Below are positions 23,306-32,978 of a stretch of DNA of 64,000 nt, one piece after another (position 1 is the first letter of the stretch; every line of letters begins with the position of its first letter). Source of the DNA: an uncultured Methanosarcinaceae archaeon (GTDB lineage: Archaea > Halobacteriota > Methanosarcinia > Methanosarcinales > Methanosarcinaceae); NCBI GenBank assembly GCA_963733675.1, contig CAVTET010000003.1:256001-320000 (forward strand), written 5' to 3'. A program made the translations under genes and the position numbers. The notes below the pieces were generated by a model that worked only from the letters and a program-made list of their open reading frames with translations, was not told the origin of the DNA and did not search any database.

Positions 23306-23340
23306 TGAGTATATGCAAGTATACTCACATTATATTTAAA
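23306..23340 (-). promoter_or_regulatory. ArsR operator and TATA box
   Basis: Perfect inverted repeat TGAGTATA-N6-TATACTCA (23306-23327) between minus-strand TTTAAATA (23333-23340) and the arsR start. Confidence 0.75.
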
Positions 23341-23768
23341 AAATCTTTTTTGGCTCTTTAGAATCTCTCAATTTAGAGACTTTTAAAATACGGTATGATC
23401 ATATAATTACAGGGGCCAGCCGGAACCGTATCAAGCCATTAGACTTTTCCATCCCAAAATACAGAACTTTTGTGCAAAAACATCCACATAAATATAAACG
23501 ATAAATGATATTTTTATGGTAAAAAAGGACACAGCAGAAAACTCATCTTCGATAGCTTGAAAATACTTTAAGTATAGCTGTAAAATATAAACATATTTTC
23601 TTATAATTCATCTAAAGCATAATTTTCAACAAGTTAATTGACATATTAGCGCAGTGATTTAAACTTCACCATGGGCTTCTAATAAGCTCACAACGTTTCT
23701 GTTCATTTCCCGCTCCCTATATACTTTATTTACAACATGCCATTAATGACTTTTCGGCAAGCTCTTAT

Positions 23769-23848
23769 TGCAAGAGGTGCGATTCGAACGAACTCCTCGA
23801 TATCAGAAACTCAACTATCGCATTTGACCTGGTTGGGTAATTCCAGTG
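23769..23848 (-). pseudogene. Highly decayed tRNA-Leu-like copy (possibly GAG)
   Basis: TTACCCAACCAGGTCAAATGCGATAGTTGAG..GTTCGAATCGCACCTCTTGCA keeps D-loop and T-loop signatures. Confidence 0.5.
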
Positions 23849-23934
23849 TGTCGATATAGAAAGGAACCTTGAGAAATTTTTACAAAAAGAACTGCAGAGA
23901 TAGCTGAAAGCTTGAAGTCAACAGATCAAAATTT

Positions 23935-24019
23935 AGTGTGGGGTGGGATTCTAACCCACGAACTACTTCGAAGCCAGATCTTAAGTCTGGCGCATTTGAC
24001 CTAGCTCGATAACACTCGC
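23935..24019 (-). pseudogene. Pseudo tRNA-Leu(TAA)
   Basis: About 11 substitutions versus 3197-3281; anticodon arm intact, acceptor stem broken, T-loop TTAGAAT. Confidence 0.85.
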
Positions 24020-24723
24020 ACATTGAAGGGTAAATTTTTATCTTTGCTTCTCTTATACTTTTTTGCTTTTTCTTCCTACTTAGTTCATTTAAACATATTT
24101 TTTAGTCCAATATGTTGTTCTATCAGAACTATATCTAAAAACGTAAGATTGTTTTTTTCAAGAACAATTTTGAGATTTTTTTATATTGCCCTTAAATCCT
24201 GTGTCCACAAGAATCCCTTTGCCGCCTAAGATTATCAGGTAAGATTTTGATGCTTCATATAAATAGCAATTATACTATAAGGATTGTCGCTCCTCAGCTT
24301 ATTACTCTTTGTGATAAAATTGCTTAGCCTATCTGTTTTGCTGGAATTCACTTGATATCTCCTTTTTTACTGAACTCTTTAAGGTCGGAAATTTTGTATT
24401 TTAGTAAACAACTACCATGACTACTTCTGAGAGTATCAATTAAGACTTTTACACTTGCTGAATTAGTGGTGACTTATAGATAGCAAGATGAAAGTTTCGA
24501 CTTACATCAAAGGAATGTAGAGCATTGTTTTATAATACTGTTATCGTTCCCTGCATTGATGGATGAATTGAGCAAAAGTAATTAACAATTCCTGGTTTTG
24601 CAAAAAAACGAATATTTGTAACCATGAAGTATTAGTCCTGAATCAAAGTTACCCCTATGAACTTGGTGTGCATATTCAAAATTTAATCCCTAATTGTACC
24701 ACCTGCCTTTTCTTGCAATAATC

Positions 24724-25722
24724 TCATGCCATCAGGCTCATTACCTCCTCTATCTTGGATACAAGGCGCTTTTCAGACTTCATATATATGTAAGCAGGAA
24801 GCCCAGATTTAGAGAAACTTTGAAAAAACTGCTTTGTAAGGCTATTAATTTTAGGAAATTTTCTAATCTTCTCGTTTGCAAAGAGCCTTATTGCTCTATC
24901 AAAACTCAATATGTTAGTAGTGAAGTTCACATCTTTTCGTAACTGCCTATCCATAGAAAAAACAAGCTCAATCCAGGAACTCAATTCTTTTGTCAAATGT
25001 CGCTTGGTTACTCCTTCAACTACAATATAGGATTTTCCTTTTTTGATGTTTTCAAAACATTCTTTAAAGGTATCCCCTTTTGCTAGTGTATAGACAGCTC
25101 CCATTCCTCCTGTATGACTGTCCGTAGTTGCAGCAATTCCTTTTCCATACCTCATCGCAAGTGCTTCAGTAATGAGGTTTTTCTCAGTCAGGTCCTGAAT
25201 GTTGTATTCGACAACCGGGAACTTCTGTAATAGCTCAGGTATAGCCCATAAATTTGGGTGATCTCCAGTAGCAAACCAGAATGGATGGTTATACATATAG
25301 GCCATGTTATGAGTTCTGAGATAACGAATAAAGCTTTTGAAGTCATGCTCCTGGCTTGCAATAGTCTCAAGATCTCCGAACTCTTCGGAATCAAGCTCAA
25401 AGACGTTAACGTGAACAGTGTGTCCTGTCCTTTCTGGATCTTTAATTGTAATCTCAACACCAGGAACCAGCCCTTCTCTATCCCAACCGAGCAGATCATA
25501 TGCTTTGATAGTATCATGATCTGTAAAAGTAACAAAATTGAGTTCTTGCTCCTTTGCTTTTTCAAAAAGAACCGCAGGTTGCATTGCCCAAACTGGAGGG
25601 ACATCGTAGGAACATGAAGAATGTACATGTAAATCCATTTTTTTCCACCCTTCATGACGAAGAGCTTCTGCAACCTCTGCGCTCACAGTTATTTTTGTAT
25701 TGTTTCCTGGTTCATCTCTCAT
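24724..25722 (-). CDS. PHP-domain metal-dependent phosphoesterase
   Basis: DLHVHS, FTDHD, GVE, NHPFW, TDSH motifs. Confidence 0.85.
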   Translation of the reverse strand: MRDEPGNNTKITVSAEVAEALRHEGWKKMDLHVHSSCSYDVPPVWAMQPAVLFEKAKEQELNFVTFTDHDTIKAYDLLGWDREGLVPGVEITIKDPERTGHTVHVNVFELDSEEFGDLETIASQEHDFKSFIRYLRTHNMAYMYNHPFWFATGDHPNLWAIPELLQKFPVVEYNIQDLTEKNLITEALAMRYGKGIAATTDSHTGGMGAVYTLAKGDTFKECFENIKKGKSYIVVEGVTKRHLTKELSSWIELVFSMDRQLRKDVNFTTNILSFDRAIRLFANEKIRKFPKINSLTKQFFQSFSKSGLPAYIYMKSEKRLVSKIEEVMSLMA

Positions 25723-26383
25723 AAAACACTACCATTGTATACAGAAGTTCTTTGTAATCTAAGACTTCAAAAATTCTTATTCAATCTAAAGAATGAAGAA
25801 TTTATATATAGATATTTTGTAAGAAAATATATTTTCTCAAATTACACAAAATTTAGAAAAGTAAATTTATTTCTATGGAATATCTCAATACTAATTTTAA
25901 ATTAAAAAAGAACACCAAGGAATAAAGGAAGGAAATCGGGGAAAAGTGAAAATAAAGCATCAATAAGTTATTTAGTTGGTTTAGCCTGAAAGAATAAACA
26001 TGAGATGTAAATGAAAATGGAAAAATATAATTATCAAATGGAATAACAGTATTTAATATACTTATAAATAGAAAGAGGAAAATATATATATATATAAAAA
26101 GTGAGTATTATAGTTAGATTACATTTAGTAGTTTGGAACAAGAATAATACTACCAGACCAGAAAAGATATACGAACAAACCAGAAAAAGTGCGAACATCT
26201 CTAAAACCAAAATTCCACATTACTTTTTTATATAAATGAAACAGTGCCTCAAATCTCTTCTTTTCATTTTTTGAAAAATACAAAGTTTACTTCCTGTTGA
26301 TTCCCTGAAACAAATTTTTTAGGATATCGAGTAAATAGATAGCTGTAGAGAGAATAGAGAGCAGTAGAGGCTAAGATGAGAAG

Positions 26384-27517
26384 ATGAAACTTTTAATTCT
26401 TATATGCGGAGAAGGACTTGGGCACACGAGTCGCTGCCTTGCTTTGGGCAAAGAGTTTTTGGCTGCCGGGCACATGGTATATTTTGGAGCATATGGATAC
26501 TCAAAAGAGCTAGTTGAAAAAACAGGATATCAGGCATATGAGATCTCATCTGAAATAAAGCTAGTTGGAGATTTAGGGGTTTTTGATATAAAAAAGTCTA
26601 TTAAAGAGACCCTTAGGAATATTTATCCTTTAGGTTTCATAAAAATTTTAAGGTTTATTGAAGAATTCAAACCCGATGTCATACTTTCAGATGGCTATTA
26701 TATTGGAATTCTGGCTGCACAGGTTAAGAAGACACCTGTTTACTTTATTGGTAACCAGTTCAATATGGTGGAATTTTTTCAGAAGCAGGGTTTTCTTGTT
26801 GCAGGAGCAGGAAAGCTGACTAAACTTTTTTACAATTATATTTTTAGGAGCGTAAACGGTATAATAGTGCCTGACTATCCACTTCCTGATTCAATAAACA
26901 GGAAAAATTTTACACTTGATGGAAGTATTAATAATACCATGTTTTTTAGCGGTCCTCTTATTAGGTGGAAATATAGTGAAGTCGAATCAAAAACTTTCAA
27001 ACATCCAAATGTTCTGTCAACAATTGGGGCTTTCGGTTACAGAGCAGATATATTCAGAAGTGTGATTGAGGCTGCAAAACTGGACCACAATATCCATTAT
27101 ACATTTATTTCAGGCCCAGGAATAGATCCTAGAGAGTTCTCAAAAATCTCCGAAAATGTCGAGTTTATAGGCTTTACAGAAAACCCTTTTCCTTATTACA
27201 AAGGGTCTGACCTCGTAATTACTGCAGGAGGACATGGGACAATACTTGAAAGCCTTTCTTTCGGGCTCCCTGTACTGTCCTTTCCTGACGAAAAACACAT
27301 AGAACAAGAAAATAACGCAACTGTCCTCGAAGAAGAAGGATTAGGTAGGAAGATGAGCTTTCTTGCAGAACCTAAAGTTATTCTTGCCTGTATTCGAGAA
27401 TTTCTGGAAGAGGAAGAGTATTATAAAAATACAAGGAGACTGAGAGAAATTACAGAAGAACTCGACGGACCTGCATCTGTAAGACGGTTTCTTGAGGAAA
27501 GAATTAAGGTAAAATGA
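26384..27517 (+). CDS. Glycosyltransferase, GT28/MurG-like
   Basis: GEGLGHTSR, ITAGGHGT..E, EQENNA. Confidence 0.88.
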   Translation: MKLLILICGEGLGHTSRCLALGKEFLAAGHMVYFGAYGYSKELVEKTGYQAYEISSEIKLVGDLGVFDIKKSIKETLRNIYPLGFIKILRFIEEFKPDVILSDGYYIGILAAQVKKTPVYFIGNQFNMVEFFQKQGFLVAGAGKLTKLFYNYIFRSVNGIIVPDYPLPDSINRKNFTLDGSINNTMFFSGPLIRWKYSEVESKTFKHPNVLSTIGAFGYRADIFRSVIEAAKLDHNIHYTFISGPGIDPREFSKISENVEFIGFTENPFPYYKGSDLVITAGGHGTILESLSFGLPVLSFPDEKHIEQENNATVLEEEGLGRKMSFLAEPKVILACIREFLEEEEYYKNTRRLREITEELDGPASVRRFLEERIKVK

Positions 27518-27519
27518 GT

Positions 27520-27826
27520 GTAAAGAAAAGCTTGAAGAAGGACCTGAGGCAGAAATTTCCTTGAGATCGCCGGTTATACCGTGAATCTTGGTGTTAAATC
27601 TGTAAGTGTAGCTACAAATGGTACTCTCATTGATCGTGAAAGCGCAAAGCAACTTAAGTTAAAAAATATTAATGTCCAGGTCAGTATCGATGGCGATGTT
27701 GCGAAAATACATGACTTAATAAGAGATGTGGAGGGTGCATTAAACCAAGCTGTATATGGCATAAAATTACTTCAAGAAGAAGGGAATGATGTATCTGTTT
27801 CTACCACAGTCAACAAATTAGTGTAG
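27520..27826 (+). pseudogene. Internal fragment of a radical SAM protein
   Basis: VATNGTLI, VQVSIDG..HDLIR, STTVNK; no CxxxCxxC, truncated at both ends. Confidence 0.7.
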
Positions 27827-28069
27827 CGTTATAACTTCCAGCTGTTCTATAACCCCTGAAGTGAAAGTAGTTCCATGCACTCATATCTGGGGCATTAATG
27901 ATGAAAGCTTGCGAGAACATACGTTTCATGGATCTGGGAAAACTCTATTATTTTTAATTATTTAGAGTGTTCCGTTGTAAAAAATTCAACAAAATATGTA
28001 CGTCTATAAGTGATTAATAAAAATCAAAACATTCAAGGAAAATGTACTAACATTATAAAACTATACCAA

Positions 28070-28475
28070 ACAATTGGTTAATGTACTTGACTTCATTAAG
28101 AACAGAGTAATTTAGATCATTTACTTGTCCTTTTTTGATCATATTCATAGCTTCAATTCCTTTTAAAGTCTTATTAGCAGATCGAAATTTGTCGAATGCC
28201 TACGTTTTTAGGTAGTATTTTATCATTTTTCAGTTTATCTATAGCAGGTGGATAAGCTGGATTCTTATCAACGGTTATTACTCTTGGAATTTGACTATGA
28301 TTAGAACTCAAAGCTTTCTTAAAGAATCTCTTCGCTGCTTTTTTATCTCGTTTTGAACTTAACATGAAATCAATTGTATCTCCATCTGAGTCAACTGCTC
28401 GGTAAAAATATTCCCATTCACCTTTTTACTTTGATAGAGGTTTCATCAACTATCCATGAATCATTCATTGGTGTC
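28070..28475 (-). mobile_element. IS6-family transposase remnant
   Basis: NDSWIVDET.IKVKGEW..RAVDSDGDTIDFMLSSKRDKKAAKRFF..ITVDKNPAYP..TLKGIEAMNMIKKGQ. Confidence 0.85.
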
Positions 28476-28687
28476 ATGGAGATCTCCGAAAAGTAGTCAT
28501 CAGGTTGTAGGCATCTCTTTCCTACAGCTTATAAAGTCTACTTTTTTGGTACGTCATTGATGACCATAAGACCTTAGTTATTTATTACTGTTGCCATGGT
28601 CAGGATTGAGATTCCATATTTCTAGGATACACTTGAGAAATCAGAGAGCTACATATCTCAAGGATCAAGAATTATGACTAAAATTAA

Positions 28688-29310
28688 AATCAAAGTTGCG
28701 CTGACGCACTCCGCTGCAAGCAACTGGGTATGTTCGCGCCACTGTTATGGTTGTAATGGCTATTAAAAATCGAGTATTTTCATTTGCTGATATGCTTCTT
28801 TTTCTTCCTTGTTTCCCTGATTTTCAACATAGTTTTTGATAGAATCTGAAGTTGTTCCATTTCCTATAGTTCCAATGTAACCTCCATCACTCCACAGTTC
28901 ACCACCCTAAAGCTGTTTTTTGATTTCAGGGTATTGTTTAAAGATTTATCTTGCTGTAATACTTTTTATAATTTGCATGACTTTTGAAGGAGAATACTTT
29001 GGTTCAGCTCCAACAAAAAGATGTACATGATTACCATCACTACTAATTGCATCAAACTCAAAACAGTATCATTTCACTAATTTCAAAGCATACGTTTTTC
29101 AAAAAGTTGATGAGTTCTGTCCCTAAAAAAAGATTTTTATGGTACTTCAAACAAAAAACCATGTGGTATCTTATTTTATATACACAATGGTTTACACGTC
29201 TTAGTTCCATTTACAGTACAAATGTAGCAAAAAATATAAATTTGTTATTTAACAACGGTTATCGGGGAAGTTTTCCATCCCCGCAGCAAGCTGCGGGGTA
29301 TTCGACTGAA
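28688..29310 (-). mobile_element. tnpA: IS200-type element copy 3 (tnpA inactivated)
   Basis: Nearly identical to 36770-37392 including the frameshift, TAA and TAG. Confidence 0.92.
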
Positions 29311-29687
29311 ATAAAACTAGGGAAAAAATGGTGAAGGTGTACTTTGAATAAATAGCCTAAAGTCAAGCCATATAGAGCCTTTCAACTTATATTATCACTT
29401 TTTTTCTATTTTAATTTTTTTTCCATAATAGTTTTGTATATCGGAAGTCAAATTTTGCATACATACTTTAGTTGATTTTCACAAGATGAAATTTCCTTCC
29501 CAGTAACTGCTTTGGGTCCATCATATTGCAGAAAAACTTATACAATGCCTAATTCTCAAATAACTTAATTATTTTCTGTTTTGACAAGTTCTGAATCCCT
29601 TTACACTCTCATATTCAAGATTAAACTTAAAGATGATAAGGTAAATTTCTCAATGGATTTTATGGATCTCTAAAATGATGAGTAAAT

Positions 29688-30161
29688 TTACATTTTAAAA
29701 AGACGAACATGTTCTTTTCTAAGTGAATTGAGAAGCTTTTCGTCTAATTCTGCATCATGAAGTGTTTTCACTTTAGAAAGCTGGTCAAAGGTTAAATAAT
29801 GAGCTTCTCTAAGGTTAGCTTCCTTAAGGTTAGCTCCTGTGATATCAACTCCATGAAAGTTAGCCCCTTCAAGGTTAGCCCCCTCAAGGTTAGCCCCCTC
29901 AAGGTTAGCCTCTATAAGGCTAGCTTCTGTAAGGTCAGCCAATTTAAGGTTAGCTTCTCTGAGATTACTCCATTTAAGGTTAGCTTTTCTAAGGTTAGCC
30001 TCCTCAAGGTTGGCCCATGTAAGGTTGGCCCATGTAAGGTTAGCCCATGTAAGGTTAGCCCTTATAAGGTCAACTCCTACAAGGTTAGCTCTTTTAAGGT
30101 TAGCTTCTTTAAGGTTAGTTCCTTCGAAATCAACCATGCCATAATTCCTTTCCTTTGCCAC
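29688..30161 (-). CDS. Pentapeptide-repeat protein (paralog 2)
   Basis: ANLTW x3 and ANLEG repeats; MAKERNYGM start; EAHYLTFDQLSKVKTL C-terminal cap. Confidence 0.92.
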   Translation of the reverse strand: MAKERNYGMVDFEGTNLKEANLKRANLVGVDLIRANLTWANLTWANLTWANLEEANLRKANLKWSNLREANLKLADLTEASLIEANLEGANLEGANLEGANFHGVDITGANLKEANLREAHYLTFDQLSKVKTLHDAELDEKLLNSLRKEHVRLFKM

Positions 30162-30327
30162 GAAATTTTTGTTTGTCTTATATCAAGTGTGAATTAAAAT
30201 AAACATTATTATCACTGTCTTTGAATGTAGGCTTATGTCCTATTGCGGATCTCCAAGACCCTCTGGATATATGCAGTTGCTATTCTTGCTGAAGTCCTCA
30301 GACTATTAACTTCTGGTAGGTGTCAAA

Positions 30328-30505
30328 AAGTTTATCTCGTGAGCTGTGGGGGGATCCCACAGCCAATTGAAAGTCTGTTCGAAGGTATTAGAAAACCCCT
30401 AAATTAGAATAGATCTAATTTGTTATATATTTTATGTATACATTCTAAATAGTACTAACTTAAACTAATTAGTACTGAAATTGCGTGGCCTTTTATCCTA
30501 CGAAC
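30328..30505 (-). ncRNA. R2 module copy C, upstream of pentapeptide gene 2
   Basis: Hairpin GGCTGTGGG/CCCACAGCT; TATA near 30423-30430; palindrome AGTACTAA-N10-TTAGTACT at 30451-30476. Confidence 0.55.
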
Positions 30506-30829
30506 CATGACGATGATAACAAGTAACTTAAGCCTTGTTTTTATTAAATGACATCAACTGCAAAAAATAGTTTTATAAGTAGCAGTTGGAAGATGCCTGC
30601 GGCCAGATAGACGACTTGGCGGATAGATCCTTAAAAAATTGGCACCCCCACCTAAAATTGGCAATGCGTCGATTTTTCTATAAAGTCACAAATCTTAATA
30701 AATTGTTGAGTAGAAAATTTCACTTCAGAAGAACTAAATTTTATTCCACATGCATAAATTTGATTCTCTATTTACAGCAATTTCAAGACACTGTCCAAAT
30801 TTCAGCAGATCACATGGAACATTACAATT

Positions 30830-31161
30830 ACCTTTCCTTTGCTTCTGTTTCATAATTTAATTGTTTTTGGAGGTTGGAAGGAGTTTTGTTTTTGCGTTTT
30901 TTTCTCTTAGAAAAACTTTTCGGCTTTTTTTGAAAGCTAGACATTATGCTGTCTGGACGGTACCAATAATTATCTCCTCTACTCCTTTGTCAAAGATGTA
31001 TTTTAGACTCAGTAAGCGAGACTTTGTAGAGATTTCGTAGATTTAAAAATTCTCTTTCACTTTTATGCCCGACCATCCACAGGGAGAATGATATCATTCT
31101 CAAAGGTCTTACTTCTGAAAGTAGTCGAACAGCGATTGGTTAAGTTTATCTTTGGCTTCAT
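30830..31161 (-). pseudogene. Mth938-like domain protein remnant
   Basis: MKPKI..KTFENDII..DGR..KYIFDKGVEEIIIGT across broken frames. Confidence 0.55.
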
Positions 31162-31354
31162 TACTTTCTCCTTTCATAATTATCCCTTTCTTCTCGTTTT
31201 TTCACATTTTTCTGTTAGTTTCTGCTCTTTGTATGAAAGATTTTCAATCAACTCCTGTTCAAATAGATTGCTTATATATTCTTTATAAATGACTAGCCGA
31301 AATTCAAATTTTATCTAAATACTCTTTTAATTCTCAGGAAAACAAAATTTATCC

Positions 31355-32977
31355 TCAAGCAGATTTTTTTCGTTTCCATGCATCCACCACTTCAAGCAGT
31401 TCTACAGGCTTTTCGAACTTTACCTCAACTTTTCCCTCATAGACTTCCCCATTTGTACCATCCAAACTTATCACGTCCCCTTCCATGAACTCTTTTCCTC
31501 CTATGTTACATTTCCTGCCACCTGGATCAAGTTTGAGCTCCCGGCAGTTGACAATACAGACTTTGCCCATCTGGCGAGCTATAACGGCTGCATGAGCAGT
31601 TCTGGCGCCGCTGGATGCTAGGAGGCCTGCAGAAGCGTGAATTCCTAGAAGGTCATCAGGAGTGAGGATTTCCCGAACAAGAATCACAGCTTCTCCAGGA
31701 GCATAGCTCTTTGCCCTCTCACTGCTAAACGCAATCTTTCCTATAGCAACCCCACTTGACGCAGAATCACCTTTTGCCAAGATGGGTTTATCAGTCATGA
31801 TTTTCTGTACTGAAATAGAATTCAGGTCTAACCCTTCCAGCTTTCGTAGAGCCTCTTCAGTGGAAATAAGTCCCTCTCCTACAAGGTCGACTGCGATTCT
31901 CAAGGCTGCCATTGGAGAACGTTTTCCATTGCGACTTTGGAGGATGTAGAGTTTTCCTTCTTCGACAGTGAATTCAATGTCCTGCATATCCTTGAAATGG
32001 GCTTCGAGATCGTTCCCGATTCCTTCAAGCTTCTTATAAGCAACCGGAAGAGCAGTTCCGAGCTTGAATCCTAACGTCCCCGCTCTTGAGCCCGAAGCCA
32101 AGTCCTCTCCCTGAGCTTCGAGCCTGAAATCGACTACAGGCAGTTTTTCTCCTGTCCAGGGTTCCTTGTAAAAGCGATCCCTGAACCTGATTTTAGGTCC
32201 ATGTTTCCGAAAACCATGGCCTGGATAGTAACTGCCGTACCTCGAGCACCCTTGATATTGTGGATTTGTCGAAATTCCTTTGCTCTTGGACTCATCCAGG
32301 AATCAAACACTGCCTTAACAGCAAGTTCAAGTTGTTCCTATGCATCTTCTGGGAAAGGTCTCCCGCTTTCATCGAAGAAAAATCGTTCATACTTCGCTGC
32401 AAGTTTCCTTAACTCCATGTAATCCAGTTCTTTTTCTTCCGGAACTCCAGCAGCATCGATTGTGGAATTCAGCAGATTCCGATATATGGAAGGATCCTGG
32501 GAAAACACTATTCTTCCAAATCCCTCTATTAGCCTCCGATACGAGTCCCAGGTAAAACTAGGGTTCCCTGTTCTAGCAATGAGGGATCTTACGTTATTCC
32601 TGGAAAGCCCCACGTTCAGTAGAGTCTCCATAGAACCTGGCATGGAAGCTGCAGCCCCAGACCTGACAGAAACCATAAGGGGAGGAGAGCCCCCAAAATC
32701 CTTTCCAGTTACACCTTCAATGAAAAGAATGCCCTGCCTGAGGAGGCTGGGTACTTCATCGGGAAGAGATCTTGAATTTTTGAAGTAATCTTCACATACA
32801 GATACATTCAAGACAAAACCAGGGGGTATCGGGACACCCATAGAAGACATATCTATAAAGGATCGACCCTTTGTTCCCAAAGGATTCCTTGGAGGCATAT
32901 TTTTCCTTTCCGTCTCCGAATTCAAGCATCTTTGCTTCTGTAATATTTTTTTCAGCTCCTAGCATATTTTCAGGCAT
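31355..32977 (-). pseudogene. Short PPDK-like protein (ATP-grasp + His-swivel, no C-terminal PEP/pyruvate barrel); two frameshifts and a TAG
   Basis: GTKG, PIPPGF, VSVRSGAAASMPG.MET.LNVG, QAMVFGN, QGED, QDIEFTVEEGKLYILQSR, GARTAHAAVIAR; stop soon after SLDGTNGEVY. Confidence 0.88.
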
Positions 32978-32978
32978 T

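Noticed and set aside
26082-26096. (TA)n run as a phase-variable promoter
   Set aside because: Short and expected by chance in very AT-rich DNA
29047-29334. 95-97 aa ORFs (also 36740-37033) as a duplicated gene
   Set aside because: Antisense shadows of the tnpA copies
29799-30197. KVS-repeat ORF on the plus strand
   Set aside because: Antisense shadow of the pentapeptide gene
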